DNA of 64,000 bases from Actinomycetes bacterium (lineage in GTDB: Bacteria > Actinomycetota > Actinomycetes > JBOGEN01): assembly GCA_050743265.1 (NCBI GenBank), contig JBOGEN010000225.1, forward strand, positions 166 to 64,165, in the 5' to 3' direction. This document shows positions 53,602 through 63,511 of this stretch, in pieces (position 1 is the stretch's first letter; the number at the start of each line of letters is the position of its first letter). Below the pieces are notes generated by a model. It saw only the letters and a list, made by a program, of their open reading frames with translations. It was not told the origin of the DNA and ran no database searches. A program made the position numbers and the translations under genes.

Positions 53602-54600
53602 GTGGCTGACATCTACTACGACGACGACGCCGACCTCTCCCTGCTCCAGAACCGCCATGTCGCCGTCCTCGGGTACGGCAGCCAGGGCCACGCGCACGCG
53701 CTGAGCCTGCGTGACTCCGGCGTGGACGTACGGGTCGGCCTGCCCGAGACCTCGAAGAGCCGGGCCAAGGCCGAGTCGGAGGGCCTGCGGGTGGTGACCC
53801 CGTACGAGGCCTGCGAGGAGGCGGACCTGATCATGGTCCTGGCCCCCGACCCGGTGCAGCGCAGCCTCTACGCCGAGGCGATCGCCCCCAACCTCGTCGA
53901 GGGCGACGCCCTGTTCTTCGGGCACGGGCTGAACATCCGGTACGACCTGGTGCAGCCGCCCGAGAACGTCGACGTCTGCATGGTCGCGCCGAAGGGCCCC
54001 GGGCACCTCGTCCGACGCCAGTTCACCGAGGGCAAGGGCGTTCCCGTGCTCGTCGCGGTGGAGCAGGACGCGTCGGGCAGCGCGTTCCCGCTCGCCCTCG
54101 CCTACGCCCGGGGCATCGGCGGCACCCGTGCCGGTGCGATCCGCACGACGTTCACCGAGGAGACCGAGACCGACCTGTTCGGCGAGCAGGCCGTGCTCTG
54201 CGGTGGGCTGTCCCACCTGGTGCAGGCCGGGTTCGAGACGCTCGTCGAGGCCGGGTACCAGCCCGAGGTGGCGTACTTCGAGTGCATGCACGAGGTCAAG
54301 CTCATCGTCGACCTCATGTACGAGGGCGGCCTGTCGAAGATGCGCTGGTCGGTCTCGGAGACCGCCGAGTACGGCGACTACACGCGCGGCCCGCGGATCG
54401 TCACCGAGGCGACGAAGGACGAGATGCGCCGCATCCTCGGCGAGGTGCGCGACGGCACGTTCGCCAAGGAGTGGATCGACGAGTTCGACGCCGGGCTCCC
54501 GAACTACACCCGGATGGCCGAGGAGGGCCGTCGCCACCCCGTCGAGCAGACCGGTGAGCAGCTGCGCCCGATGATGAGCTGGATCACCGAGGAGGACTGA
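53602..54600 (+). CDS. ilvC: ketol-acid reductoisomerase
   Basis: ...[21 protein letters not shown]...GHGLNI... Confidence 0.95.
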   Translation: MADIYYDDDADLSLLQNRHVAVLGYGSQGHAHALSLRDSGVDVRVGLPETSKSRAKAESEGLRVVTPYEACEEADLIMVLAPDPVQRSLYAEAIAPNLVEGDALFFGHGLNIRYDLVQPPENVDVCMVAPKGPGHLVRRQFTEGKGVPVLVAVEQDASGSAFPLALAYARGIGGTRAGAIRTTFTEETETDLFGEQAVLCGGLSHLVQAGFETLVEAGYQPEVAYFECMHEVKLIVDLMYEGGLSKMRWSVSETAEYGDYTRGPRIVTEATKDEMRRILGEVRDGTFAKEWIDEFDAGLPNYTRMAEEGRRHPVEQTGEQLRPMMSWITEED

Positions 54601-54617
54601 CCCGCGCTCCGCACGAC

Positions 54618-54648
54618 GGGCCCGGTAGCCACGACGGCTGCCGGGCCC
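54618..54648 (+). terminator. 13-bp-stem hairpin after ilvC
   Basis: gggcccggtagcc-acgac-ggctgccgggccc, with one G-U pair and no U-tract. Confidence 0.45.
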
Positions 54649-54789
54649 CGCCACGGACGGCCCCGCCGGGCCGGTGCCTGAGCCGCCGTCTCGGGCCGAG
54701 GACGCCGGTGAGGGTCCCCGGGCCGCACTAGACTCCGTGGGCGCGGGCCGAGGGCCCGCCCACCCCCACCGACCATCCGCGGAGCCAGC

Positions 54790-56385
54790 GTGAGCGAGCC
54801 TGTCCGTCCCGTCGTCCTCCTCGCCGAGGAGCTCTCCCCCGCGACGGTCGAGGCGCTCGGGCCGGGCTACGACATCCGGACGTGCGACGGCACCGACAGG
54901 CCGGCGCTGCTCGCCGCCGTGGCCGACGCGGACGCCCTGCTGGTGCGCAGCGCCACCCGGGTCGACGCGGAGGTGCTCGCGGCCGCGCCACGGCTCACCG
55001 TGGTGGCCCGGGCGGGCGTGGGTCTGGACAACGTCGACGTCGACGCCGCGACCAAGGCGGGCGTCATGGTCGTCAACGCGCCACAGTCCAACGTGGTGAG
55101 TGCCGCCGAGCACGCGGTGGCACTGCTCCTCGCCTCCGCGCGCAACATCCCGCCCGCGGACGCGGCCCTCAAGGCGGGGGAGTGGAAGCGGTCGAGGTAC
55201 ACGGGGGTGGAGATCGCCGACAAGACCATCGGCATCGTGGGCCTCGGCCGCATCGGGGTGCTCGTCGCGCAGCGGCTCTCCGCGTTCGGGGTCCGCCTCC
55301 TCGCGTACGACCCGTACGTCCAGGCGGCGCGGGCGGCGCAGATCGGCGTGCGCCTCGTCCCGCTGGACCAGCTGCTCGCAGAGAGCGACTTCCTCTCCGT
55401 CCACCTGCCCAAGACCCCGGAGACCGTGGGCCTGATCGGGGACGAGGCGCTGCGCAAGGTCAAGCCGTCGGTGCGTGTGGTCAACGCGGCACGCGGCGGC
55501 ATCGTGGACGAGCACGCGCTTGCCCTCGCCCTGAAGGAGGGCCGCGTGGCCGGTGCTGCCATCGACGTGTTTGCCGCCGAGCCGTGCACCGACTCCCCCC
55601 TCTTCGAGTTCGACAGCGTGGTGGTCACCCCGCACCTGGGCGCGAGCACCCACGAGGCGCAGGAGAAGGCGGGCACGTCGGTCGCCCGGTCAGTCAAGCT
55701 GGCCCTGGCCGGCGAGCTGGTGCCCGACGCGGTCAACGTGGCGGGGGGCGTCATCCACGAGGACGTCCGGCCCGGCCTGCCCCTGGCCGAGAAGCTCGGC
55801 CGCGTCTTCACCGCCCTGGCCGGCGGTCTCGCCACCCAGCTCGACGTCGAGGTCCGCGGCGAGATCGCCGGGCACGACGTCAAGGTGCTCGAGCTGGCGG
55901 CTCTCAAGGGCGTCTTCGTCGACGTCGTCGAGGAGGCCGTCTCGTACGTCAACGCGCCGCTGCTCGCCTCCGAGCGCGGGGTCGACGTCAGGCTGGCCGT
56001 GAGCCAGGACAGCCCCGACTACCGCAACCTGCTCACGCTGCGCGGCACCCTGGCGGACGGCCGCGTGCACTCCGTGTCGGGCACGCTGACGGGCCCACGG
56101 CGCGTGGAGAAGCTCGTCGAGGTGGACGGGTTCGACCTCGAGATCGTCCCCACGGACCACATGGCGTTCCTGAAGTACGAGGACAGGCCCGGCGTGGTCG
56201 GCATCGTCGGGCGCATCCTCGGCGACGCACACATCAACATTGCCGGCATGCAGGTGAGCCGGGACACCAAGGGGGGCCACGCGCTGGTCGCGCTGACCGT
56301 CGACTCGGCGATCCCCCACCCTGTCCTCGACGAGATCGTGACCGCGATCGGGGCCGAGGGCGGCCACACCGTCGACCTGGAGTAG
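54790..56385 (+). CDS. serA: D-3-phosphoglycerate dehydrogenase (long form with ACT domain)
   Basis: ...GIVGLGRIG...VNAARGG.VDE.AL...PHLGAST.EAQ... Confidence 0.94.
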   Translation: MSEPVRPVVLLAEELSPATVEALGPGYDIRTCDGTDRPALLAAVADADALLVRSATRVDAEVLAAAPRLTVVARAGVGLDNVDVDAATKAGVMVVNAPQSNVVSAAEHAVALLLASARNIPPADAALKAGEWKRSRYTGVEIADKTIGIVGLGRIGVLVAQRLSAFGVRLLAYDPYVQAARAAQIGVRLVPLDQLLAESDFLSVHLPKTPETVGLIGDEALRKVKPSVRVVNAARGGIVDEHALALALKEGRVAGAAIDVFAAEPCTDSPLFEFDSVVVTPHLGASTHEAQEKAGTSVARSVKLALAGELVPDAVNVAGGVIHEDVRPGLPLAEKLGRVFTALAGGLATQLDVEVRGEIAGHDVKVLELAALKGVFVDVVEEAVSYVNAPLLASERGVDVRLAVSQDSPDYRNLLTLRGTLADGRVHSVSGTLTGPRRVEKLVEVDGFDLEIVPTDHMAFLKYEDRPGVVGIVGRILGDAHINIAGMQVSRDTKGGHALVALTVDSAIPHPVLDEIVTAIGAEGGHTVDLE

Positions 56386-56514
56386 CCCGGGCCCGCCCGG
56401 GTGTCCCGTCCGAGGTTCGTCGGGTCAAGCCCCGGTCAAGTCCGTCTCACTCCGTGGGACGAATGCGTGGCCACCAGGACAGTCGCGCCGCGGCTGCTTA
56501 CTGTGGCATGAGTC

Positions 56515-56559
56515 ATGCGGCGAGTACTCATCCTTCGCAGCCGCGACGGGGCCCTGTAA
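56515..56559 (+). CDS. leuA leader peptide MRRVLILRSRDGAL (candidate)
   Basis: A 14-codon ORF with a V-L-I-L run, 70 nt upstream of leuA. Its last codons form the left arm of an 11-bp stem (56541..56551 / 56570..56580). It resembles the ilvB leader (MR..[IV]L[VI]LR.R). Confidence 0.45.
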   Translation: MRRVLILRSRDGAL

Positions 56560-56628
56560 GAGGCCGGCTCCCCGTCGCGGGTCTCTGCGTCGCCGCCGGC
56601 CGCGGGCAGACCACCCGACGGGACAAGG

Positions 56629-58203
56629 ATGAGCACGGCAGACCCCTCCTCACGCACCGACGACCGCGTCGTCGTGTTCGACACGACCCTGCGTGACGGG
56701 GAGCAGGCGCCCGGGGTCGCGCTGAGCGTGAGCGAGAAGCTCGACATCGCCCAGCACCTGTCCCGGCTCGGCGTCGACGTCATCGAGGCCGGGTTCCCCG
56801 CTGCCAGCCCGGGCGACTTCGAGGGCGTGCGGGCGATCGCCGGGTCCGTACGCGGGGCCGGTGTCGCCGCGATGTGCCGTACCCGCGAGGCCGACGTGGA
56901 CCGTGCCTGGGAGGCGGTCCGGGACGCGGAGCGCCCGCGGATCCACACGTTCATCTCGACCTCGCCGGTGCACCGCGAGAGGAAGCTCGGGATGAGCACG
57001 GAGCAGGTGCTCGCGGAGACCGCCCGCGCGGTGGCCCAGGCCCGCGGCCTGTGCGCGGACGTCGAGTTCTCCGCCGAGGACGCGACCCGGACCGAGCTGG
57101 GCTTCCTCGTCGACGTGTACACGGCGGCCGTGGAGAACGGCGCGGCGACGGTCAACATCCCGGACACGGTCGGGCTCGCCATGCCGGCCGAGCTCGTCGC
57201 GATCCTGGACGCCCTCCGGGAGCGGGTGCCGCGGGCCGACGAGGTGGTCTGGTCCGTGCACTGCCACGACGACCTGGGCCTGGCGACCGCCAACGCGCTG
57301 TCCGCGATCCGGGCAGGGGCGCGTCAGGTCGAGGTGTGCGTCAACGGCATCGGGGAGCGGGCCGGCAACACCCCCCTGGAAGAGGTCGTGATGGCCCTGC
57401 GGACCCACCGGTCCTCGCTTGGCCTGGCCACCGGCGTGAACACGCGGGAGATCGCGCGGACGTCTCGCCTGGTCTCGATGCTCTCCGGGTACGTCGTCCA
57501 GCCGACCAAGGCGATCGTCGGCGTCAACGCGCTCAGCCACGAGAGCGGCATCCACCAGCACGGTCTGCTGATGGAGCGGACGACGTACGAGGTCATGAAC
57601 CCCGAGGACATCGGGTTCATGGGTGGCCGCATCCTGCTCGGCAAGCACTCCGGGCGGCACGCGTTCGTCGAGGCCCTGGACTCGCTCGGGTTCTCGCTGT
57701 CGCCGGACGCGCTCGACCACGCGTTCGCGCGGTTCACGGAGCTGGCCGCGAGGAAGGTGTCCCTCAGCGACGCCGACCTCACCGCGCTCGCCACTGAGGA
57801 GAGCGAGGAGGAGGGGCGCGCGGGGTCCCGGGTGCACCAGTTCGACTGGCTGGCCGTGGCCGGTGGGACGGACACCCCGCCCCGCGCCACCGTCCGACTC
57901 TCGCTGGGCGACGAGGTCAGCGAGGCCGACGCCACGGGCGACGGCATGATCGACGCCGCGTGCAACGCGGTGGCCAAGGCGTGCGGAGTCGACGCCGCAC
58001 TCGTGAGCTTCCAGGTGGCCGCGGTAACCCCGGGCACCGACGCGGTCGGCGACGTGAGCGTCCAGGTGGACGTCGCCGGCGCGAGGGTCAACGCACGCGG
58101 CGTCTCCACCGACGTCGTCGAGGCGAGCGCCCGAGCCTTCCTCCACGCCATCAACAAGGTGGTCGGGGGGACGGCGGTGCCCCACCGGACGGACAAACCG
58201 TAG
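56629..58203 (+). CDS. leuA: 2-isopropylmalate synthase, ~520-aa form with LeuA-dimer regulatory domain
   Basis: ...VVFDTTLRDGEQAPGV...HCHDDLGLATAN...GIGERAGN..LEEV... plus the C-terminal LeuA_dimer-like region. Confidence 0.85.
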   Translation: MSTADPSSRTDDRVVVFDTTLRDGEQAPGVALSVSEKLDIAQHLSRLGVDVIEAGFPAASPGDFEGVRAIAGSVRGAGVAAMCRTREADVDRAWEAVRDAERPRIHTFISTSPVHRERKLGMSTEQVLAETARAVAQARGLCADVEFSAEDATRTELGFLVDVYTAAVENGAATVNIPDTVGLAMPAELVAILDALRERVPRADEVVWSVHCHDDLGLATANALSAIRAGARQVEVCVNGIGERAGNTPLEEVVMALRTHRSSLGLATGVNTREIARTSRLVSMLSGYVVQPTKAIVGVNALSHESGIHQHGLLMERTTYEVMNPEDIGFMGGRILLGKHSGRHAFVEALDSLGFSLSPDALDHAFARFTELAARKVSLSDADLTALATEESEEEGRAGSRVHQFDWLAVAGGTDTPPRATVRLSLGDEVSEADATGDGMIDAACNAVAKACGVDAALVSFQVAAVTPGTDAVGDVSVQVDVAGARVNARGVSTDVVEASARAFLHAINKVVGGTAVPHRTDKP

Positions 58204-58456
58204 AGCCGCCTCGTACGAGGCGTTGTCGAGGAGAGACGAGATGCGCGTGGAGACCGAGGCACAGCGCCAGGCCGCCGAGGCGTTGCAGCGGGCACTGGAC
58301 CGCCGGGACCGCGGGGGTGAGCCGTCCGACCGCTGACCTGCCGCTGGTGCCGAGCAGGGTCGCCGCTGAGCCGTCCCGGCGCGACGCGGCCCTGCGCCGT
58401 GTCCTGATGGTGAGACGGCAATGCCGGGTCGTGAGATGCGTGCGTACCCTGCGGCC

Positions 58457-59503
58457 ATGACGGAGATCAGGCTCGCCGTCGTCGGTGGCGACGGCATCGG
58501 ACCGGAGGTCGTGGCCGAGGGGCTCAAGGTCCTCGACGCCGCGACCGCGCCCGACGGCGTGAAGGTGACCACGACCGACTACGACCTCGGCGCGCGGCGC
58601 TGGCACGCGACCGGCGAGACGCTGCCGGACAGCGTGCTCGACGAGCTGCGCGGTCACGACGCGCTGCTGCTCGGTGCGGTGGGCGACCCCGGTGTGCCCA
58701 GCGGCGTCCTGGAGCGCGGGCTGCTGTTACGGCTTCGCTTCGAGCTCGACCACTACGTGAACCTGCGCCCGGTGCGGCTGTACCCGGGCGTGGGGAGCCC
58801 GCTCGCGAACGTGTCCCCGGACGACATCGACATGATCGTCGTCCGCGAGGGCACGGAAGGGCCGTACGCGGGCGCCGGCGGTGCCCTGCGGCGCGGTACG
58901 CCCCACGAGGTCGCCACCCAGGAGAGCGTCAACACGGCGTACGGGGTGGAACGGGTCGTCCGGTATGCGTTCGCCCGTGCGGCGAAGCGTCCCCGTCGCG
59001 CGCTCACGATGGTGCACAAGACGAACGTGCTGGCCCATGCGGGCGACCTGTGGATGCGTACGGTCGAGCGGGTGGCCGCCGACCACCCTGACGTCACGGT
59101 CGACTACTGCCACATGGACGCGGCCTCGATGTACTTCGTGAGCCAGCCGGAGCGCTTCGACGTCGTGGTGACCGACAACCTCTTCGGCGACATCCTCACC
59201 GACCTCGGGGCGGCGGTCGCCGGCGGCATCGGGCTCGCGGCGAGCGGCAACCTCAACCCGGACCGCACGGCGCCCAGCATGTTCGAGCCGGTCCACGGGT
59301 CGGCGCCCGACATCGCCGGCACCGGGGTTGCCGACCCGACGGCGACGGTGCTCTCCGTGGCCCTGCTGCTCGAGCACCTCGGCCACCACGCCGCCGCCGG
59401 CCGGGTCGAGGCCGCGGTGTCCGCCGACCTCGCAGCCCGCGGGGACGCGAGGCGACGTACCACCGAGATCGGCGACGCGATCGCCGAGCGCGTCGCTGGG
59501 TGA
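58457..59503 (+). CDS. leuB: 3-isopropylmalate dehydrogenase
   Basis: [18 protein letters not shown]...NLRP...[10 protein letters not shown]... Confidence 0.94.
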   Translation: MTEIRLAVVGGDGIGPEVVAEGLKVLDAATAPDGVKVTTTDYDLGARRWHATGETLPDSVLDELRGHDALLLGAVGDPGVPSGVLERGLLLRLRFELDHYVNLRPVRLYPGVGSPLANVSPDDIDMIVVREGTEGPYAGAGGALRRGTPHEVATQESVNTAYGVERVVRYAFARAAKRPRRALTMVHKTNVLAHAGDLWMRTVERVAADHPDVTVDYCHMDAASMYFVSQPERFDVVVTDNLFGDILTDLGAAVAGGIGLAASGNLNPDRTAPSMFEPVHGSAPDIAGTGVADPTATVLSVALLLEHLGHHAAAGRVEAAVSADLAARGDARRRTTEIGDAIAERVAG

Positions 59504-59590
59504 CCCAGGGGAGCGAGGGCCAGGTCACCGGGTGTGACGCCGTGTGACACCCCTCACGCGACCGTGTGACTGCGCGGTAACGTCTGCCTC

Positions 59591-60697
59591 ATGAGCACCA
59601 CGGCCTCCGCGAACCCGGTCGAGATCGCCCTGCGCCCCACCAGCACGCCCGTCCCCGAGACGCAGCGTGCCGAGATGGTCGCCAACCCCGCCTTCGGGCG
59701 TGTGTTCACCGACCACATGGTCTCGATGCGGTGGACCGCGGAGCAGGGCTGGCACGACGCCGAGCTCGTGCCGTACGGGCCGCTGTCCCTCGACCCGGCG
59801 ACGATGGTGCTGCACTACGCCCAGTCGATCTTCGAGGGCCTCAAGGCGTACCGCCAGCCGGACGGGTCGGTGGCGGCGTTCCGCCCGTACCGCAACGCGG
59901 CCCGCTTCAACCGGTCCGCCACCCGCATGGCGCTGCCTGCGCTGCCCGAGGACGCCTTCGTGGCCGCGCTCGAGGCGCTCGTGAGCCAGGACGCCGCCTG
60001 GGTGCCGAGCGCGTTCGAGAAGAGCCTGTACCTGCGGCCGTTCATGTTCGCCAGCGAGATCGGCCTGGGCGTGCGCCCGGCGTCCGAGGTGCAGTTCCTC
60101 CTGCTGGCATCCCCCGCGGGGGCGTACTTCCCGCAGGGGGTGAAGCCGGTGAGCATCTGGCTCTCCGAGGACTACACCCGCGCCGCCCCGGGCGGGACGG
60201 GGGCGGCCAAGGCTGCCGGCAACTACGGCGCGAGCCTCGTCGCCCAGCAGGAGGCCATCGCCCACGGCTGCGACCAGGTCTGCTTCCTCGACGCCGTCGA
60301 GCGGAGGTGGGTCGAGGAGCTCGGCGGCATGAACCTGTTCTTCGTCCAGGACGACGGCTCGGTCGTGACGCCGGAGCCGTCGGGCACCATCCTCGAGGGC
60401 ATCACCCGCGAGTCGGTCTGCGTCCTGGCCCAGGAGCACGGTCACAAGGTCGAGGAGCGCCCGGTCTCCCTCGACGAGTGGCGGGAGGGCGTCTCCTCCG
60501 GACGCGTCACCGAGGTGTTCGCGTGCGGGACCGCCGCGGTCATCACCCCGCTCGGGCGGCTGGCCTGGCACGGCGGCGAGATGGCGATCGGCTCCGGTGA
60601 GACCGGGCCGGTGACCTCGGAGCTGCGCGCGGCGCTGCTCGACATCCAGTACGGCCGGGCGCCCGACCCGCACGGGTGGATGCACAAGGTGAACTGA
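59591..60697 (+). CDS. ilvE: branched-chain amino acid aminotransferase
   Basis: ...HYAQSIFEGLKAYR...YLRPF...AAKAAGNY...GTAAVITP... Confidence 0.94.
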   Translation: MSTTASANPVEIALRPTSTPVPETQRAEMVANPAFGRVFTDHMVSMRWTAEQGWHDAELVPYGPLSLDPATMVLHYAQSIFEGLKAYRQPDGSVAAFRPYRNAARFNRSATRMALPALPEDAFVAALEALVSQDAAWVPSAFEKSLYLRPFMFASEIGLGVRPASEVQFLLLASPAGAYFPQGVKPVSIWLSEDYTRAAPGGTGAAKAAGNYGASLVAQQEAIAHGCDQVCFLDAVERRWVEELGGMNLFFVQDDGSVVTPEPSGTILEGITRESVCVLAQEHGHKVEERPVSLDEWREGVSSGRVTEVFACGTAAVITPLGRLAWHGGEMAIGSGETGPVTSELRAALLDIQYGRAPDPHGWMHKVN

Positions 60698-60839
60698 GCG
60701 AGCCGTCCTCGTGAGGCTCGCGCCGCCCCCGACCACGCCGGGCGCGGGCCACGCCGGGGGGCTCACCCGTGGGATGTCGAGGTCCAGATGGCGAGACCGG
60801 GGTTCGCCTGCAGGCCGGCGTTGTGCGAAGGTGGGCTCG

Positions 60840-60887
60840 ATGTACCTCGACGTGATCATTGCCGACACGCGCGCGGGCACCGGCTGA
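60840..60887 (+). CDS. cimA leader peptide MYLDVIIADTRAGTG (candidate)
   Basis: A 15-codon ORF with a V-I-I run. SD-like GAAGGTGGG lies 4 nt upstream. A strong U-tailed terminator starts 21 nt after its stop. Confidence 0.5.
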   Translation: MYLDVIIADTRAGTG

Positions 60888-60908
60888 GCCAAGCCACCGC
60901 CCACGCGC

Positions 60909-60939
60909 AGACCTCTCGCATTCCGCGGGGGGTCTTTTT
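60909..60939 (+). terminator. intrinsic terminator (attenuator) upstream of cimA
   Basis: agacctctcgc-attcc-gcggggggtct followed by TTTT. The stem is 11 bp including two G-U pairs. Confidence 0.65.
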
Positions 60940-60973
60940 CGTGCGACGACCCCGATCCGCCCGACGCCCGGCC

Positions 60974-61045
60974 CGCTCGACCACTGACACGCGCTCGACC
61001 ACTGACACCCGCTCGACCGCTGAGACCCGTTCGACCGTCCAGGAA
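60974..61045. repeat. 18-bp tandem repeat, about 4 copies with progressive decay
   Basis: cgctcgaccactgacacg / cgctcgaccactgacacc / cgctcgaccgctgagacc / cgttcgaccgtccaggaa, ending 19 nt before the cimA ATG. Confidence 0.9.
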
Positions 61046-61063
61046 AGGCCCCGGAGCCCTCCC

Positions 61064-62695
61064 ATGACCGACACGACGCTGCGCCAGCCCCCGCTGGGGC
61101 CCGACGGCGCACCGACCGACGCCTTCCACGTCTACGACACGACCCTGCGCGACGGGACGCAGGGCGAGGGCATGACGCTCTCGGTGACCGACAAGCTCAC
61201 CGTGGCCCGTCACCTGGACGATCTCGGCGTCGGCTTCATCGAGGGTGGGTGGCCGGGCGCGCTCCCCAAGGACACCGAGTTCTTCCGCCGGGCACAGACC
61301 GAGCTCGACCTGCGCCACGCGACGCTGACGGCGTTCGGCGCGACCCGACGTCCCGGGGTCAAGGCCGCGGACGACCCCCAGGTCGCGGCGCTGCGTGAGG
61401 CGGTCACCCCGGCGGTCTGCCTCGTCGCGAAGGCGCACGAGCGTCACGTACGGACGGCCCTGCGGACGACGCTCGAGGAGAACCTCGCGATGGTGGCCGA
61501 CACCGTGACCCACCTGCGCGAGGAGGGGCGTCGAGTGTTCCTCGACGCCGAGCACTTCTTCGACGGGTACGCCGCGAACCCCGCGTACGCCGTGGAGGTC
61601 GTACGCGTGGCGGCCGAGGCCGGTGCCGCCGTCGTCGTGCTCTGCGACACGAACGGCGGCATGCTGCCCGGGCAGCTCGCCGATGTGGTCCACGAGGTGC
61701 TCGGCGCCTCCGGTGCCCGACTTGGCGCGCACTGCCACGACGACGCCGCCTGCGCCGTGGCGAACACGCTCGCCGCCGTGGACGCCGGGGCCTCCCACGT
61801 CCAGGGCACCGCGAACGGGTACGGCGAGCGCTGCGGCAACGCGAACCTGTTCAGCGTCGTGGCGAACCTCGAGCTGAAGAAGGAGCGTGCGGTCCTGCCC
61901 GCGGGCCGGCTGGCCGAGATGGGGCGGATCAGCCATGCCGTCGCCGAGGTGGCCAACGTCGCCCCGAACCCGAGCCAGCCGTACGTGGGGGCCTCGGCCT
62001 TCGCGCACAAGGCGGGCCTGCACGCGTCCGCGGTGAAGGTGGCGCCCGAGCTCTACCAGCACACGGACCCGGAGCTCGTCGGCAACGACATGCGCATGCT
62101 CGTGTCCGAGATGGCCGGTCGCGCGAGCGTCGAGCTCAAGGGGCGCGAGCTCGGGTACGACCTCCAGGGCAACCGTGCGGCGCTCGGTGAGGTCGTGGAG
62201 CGGGTCAAGGACCTCGAGTCCCGGGGCTGGTCGTTCGAGGCGGCGGACGCGTCGTTCGAGCTGCTGCTGCGGGACACGCTGGACGGGGAGACCCGACGCC
62301 ACTTCACGCTCGAGTCATGGCGGACCATCGTCGAGCGACGCGCCGACGGTGCCCTGGACTCGGAGGCGACGGTCAAGCTCGTCGCCAAGGGAGAGCGCAT
62401 CGTCGCCACGGGCGAGGGGAACGGCCCCGTCAACGCGCTGGACACGGCCCTGCGCACCGCGCTGGAGCGGCTCTACCCGGAGCTCGCCACGCTCGAGCTC
62501 GTCGACTACAAGGTCCGGATCCTGCCCGGCGGCCACGGGACGGACGCGGTGACCCGCGTCCTCGTCGAGACCGGGGACGGCGAGACCGAGTGGTCGACCG
62601 TCGGCGTCCACGAGAACGTGATCGAGGCGTCCTGGCGGGCGTTGGCGGACGCGGTCACGTACGGCCTGCTGCGAGCGGGACGCGAGCCGGGCTGA
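61064..62695 (+). CDS. cimA: (R)-citramalate synthase (CimA-type member of the isopropylmalate/homocitrate synthase family)
   Basis: ...FHVYDTTLRDGTQGEGM.LSV.DKL.....LD.LGV.FIEGGWPGA.PKD.EFF...HCHDDA..AVAN...GTANGYGERCGNANL... has the layout of actinobacterial CimA (TIGR00977-type) as I recall it. Confidence 0.82.
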   Translation: MTDTTLRQPPLGPDGAPTDAFHVYDTTLRDGTQGEGMTLSVTDKLTVARHLDDLGVGFIEGGWPGALPKDTEFFRRAQTELDLRHATLTAFGATRRPGVKAADDPQVAALREAVTPAVCLVAKAHERHVRTALRTTLEENLAMVADTVTHLREEGRRVFLDAEHFFDGYAANPAYAVEVVRVAAEAGAAVVVLCDTNGGMLPGQLADVVHEVLGASGARLGAHCHDDAACAVANTLAAVDAGASHVQGTANGYGERCGNANLFSVVANLELKKERAVLPAGRLAEMGRISHAVAEVANVAPNPSQPYVGASAFAHKAGLHASAVKVAPELYQHTDPELVGNDMRMLVSEMAGRASVELKGRELGYDLQGNRAALGEVVERVKDLESRGWSFEAADASFELLLRDTLDGETRRHFTLESWRTIVERRADGALDSEATVKLVAKGERIVATGEGNGPVNALDTALRTALERLYPELATLELVDYKVRILPGGHGTDAVTRVLVETGDGETEWSTVGVHENVIEASWRALADAVTYGLLRAGREPG

Positions 62696-62731
62696 GGGGC
62701 GGTCCGTACCGGGCCGGGTAGCCTCGGCGGG

Positions 62732-63511
62732 GTGCGCATCGCGAGGTTCTCGACAGGAGACGACCCCCGGTACGGGGTGGTCGAGCAGGACGGGGACGAC
62801 GAGGTGGTCGCCGTCGTCGAGGGTGACCCGCTCTACCGTCCGGTGACGTTCACGGGGGAGCGGGTGCGGCTGGCCGACGTGCGGCTGCTGGCGCCCGTGA
62901 TCCCGCGCAGCAAGGTCGTCGGCATCGGCCGCAACTACGCCGACCACGCGGCCGAGACGGGCGACGAGCCTCCCGAGGAGCCGCAGCTCTTCCTCAAGCC
63001 GAACACCGCGGTGGTGGGCCCGGGTGACCCGGTGGCGTACCCGCGCCAGTCCTCCGAGGTAAACCCCGAGGCCGAGCTGGCCGTCGTCATCGGGCGCATC
63101 TGCCGGGACGTGCCCAAGGAGCTGGCCCTGCACGTGGTCTTCGGCTACACCTGCGGCAACGACGTCACCGCCAAAGACCTCCAGCGTGCGGACGGGCACC
63201 GCTCGCGCGCGAAGAGCTTCGACACGTTCTGCCCGCTGGGTCCCTGGATCGAGACCCACCTCGACGTCCGCGACCTCGCCGTCACCGCGACGGTGAACGG
63301 GGAGAAGCGCCAGGACGGCCGGACCTCGCAGATGATCCACGACGTGCCCACCGTGATCGCGCACGTCTCGTCCGTCATGACGCTCCTGCCCGGTGACGTG
63401 ATCCTCACCGGCACTCCGGCCGGGGTGGGCCCGGTGGCAGTGGGGGACGAGGTCTCCGTCACCGTCGAGGGCGTCGGCACGCTCACCAACCGGATGGTCT
63501 CTCGTGACTGA
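62732..63511 (+). CDS. fumarylacetoacetate hydrolase (FAH) family protein
   Basis: ...[11 protein letters not shown]......P.LFLKP.TAV.GPGDPV..P....V..E.ELAVVIG...[14 protein letters not shown]... Confidence 0.9.
   Translation: MRIARFSTGDDPRYGVVEQDGDDEVVAVVEGDPLYRPVTFTGERVRLADVRLLAPVIPRSKVVGIGRNYADHAAETGDEPPEEPQLFLKPNTAVVGPGDPVAYPRQSSEVNPEAELAVVIGRICRDVPKELALHVVFGYTCGNDVTAKDLQRADGHRSRAKSFDTFCPLGPWIETHLDVRDLAVTATVNGEKRQDGRTSQMIHDVPTVIAHVSSVMTLLPGDVILTGTPAGVGPVAVGDEVSVTVEGVGTLTNRMVSRD

Noticed and set aside
58241-58336. A 31-codon ORF (MRVETEAQRQAAEALQRALDRRDRGGEPSDR) with a GAGGAGA SD in the leuA-leuB gap, downstream of the palindrome CGCCTCGTACGAGGCG (58207..58222).
   Set aside because: It has no branched-chain codon run and no following terminator, so it does not look like a leader. 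Its composition is typical of random GC-rich ORFs. I kept it only as a note.
60974-61045. Tandem 18-bp repeats here, plus those at 4257..4296 and 47870..47900, considered as possible CRISPR arrays.
   Set aside because: The units are directly adjacent with no spacers, there are only 2-4 copies, they are far shorter than CRISPR repeats, and no cas genes are present.
60788-61063. The N-terminal extension of the cimA ORF (…RSTTDTRSTTDTRSTAETRST…), considered as a repeat-containing protein domain.
   Set aside because: Homology to citramalate/isopropylmalate synthases begins at ATG 61064, which has a GGAG upstream. The extension would have to be translated through a strong U-tailed terminator and is simply the tandem DNA repeat read in frame.
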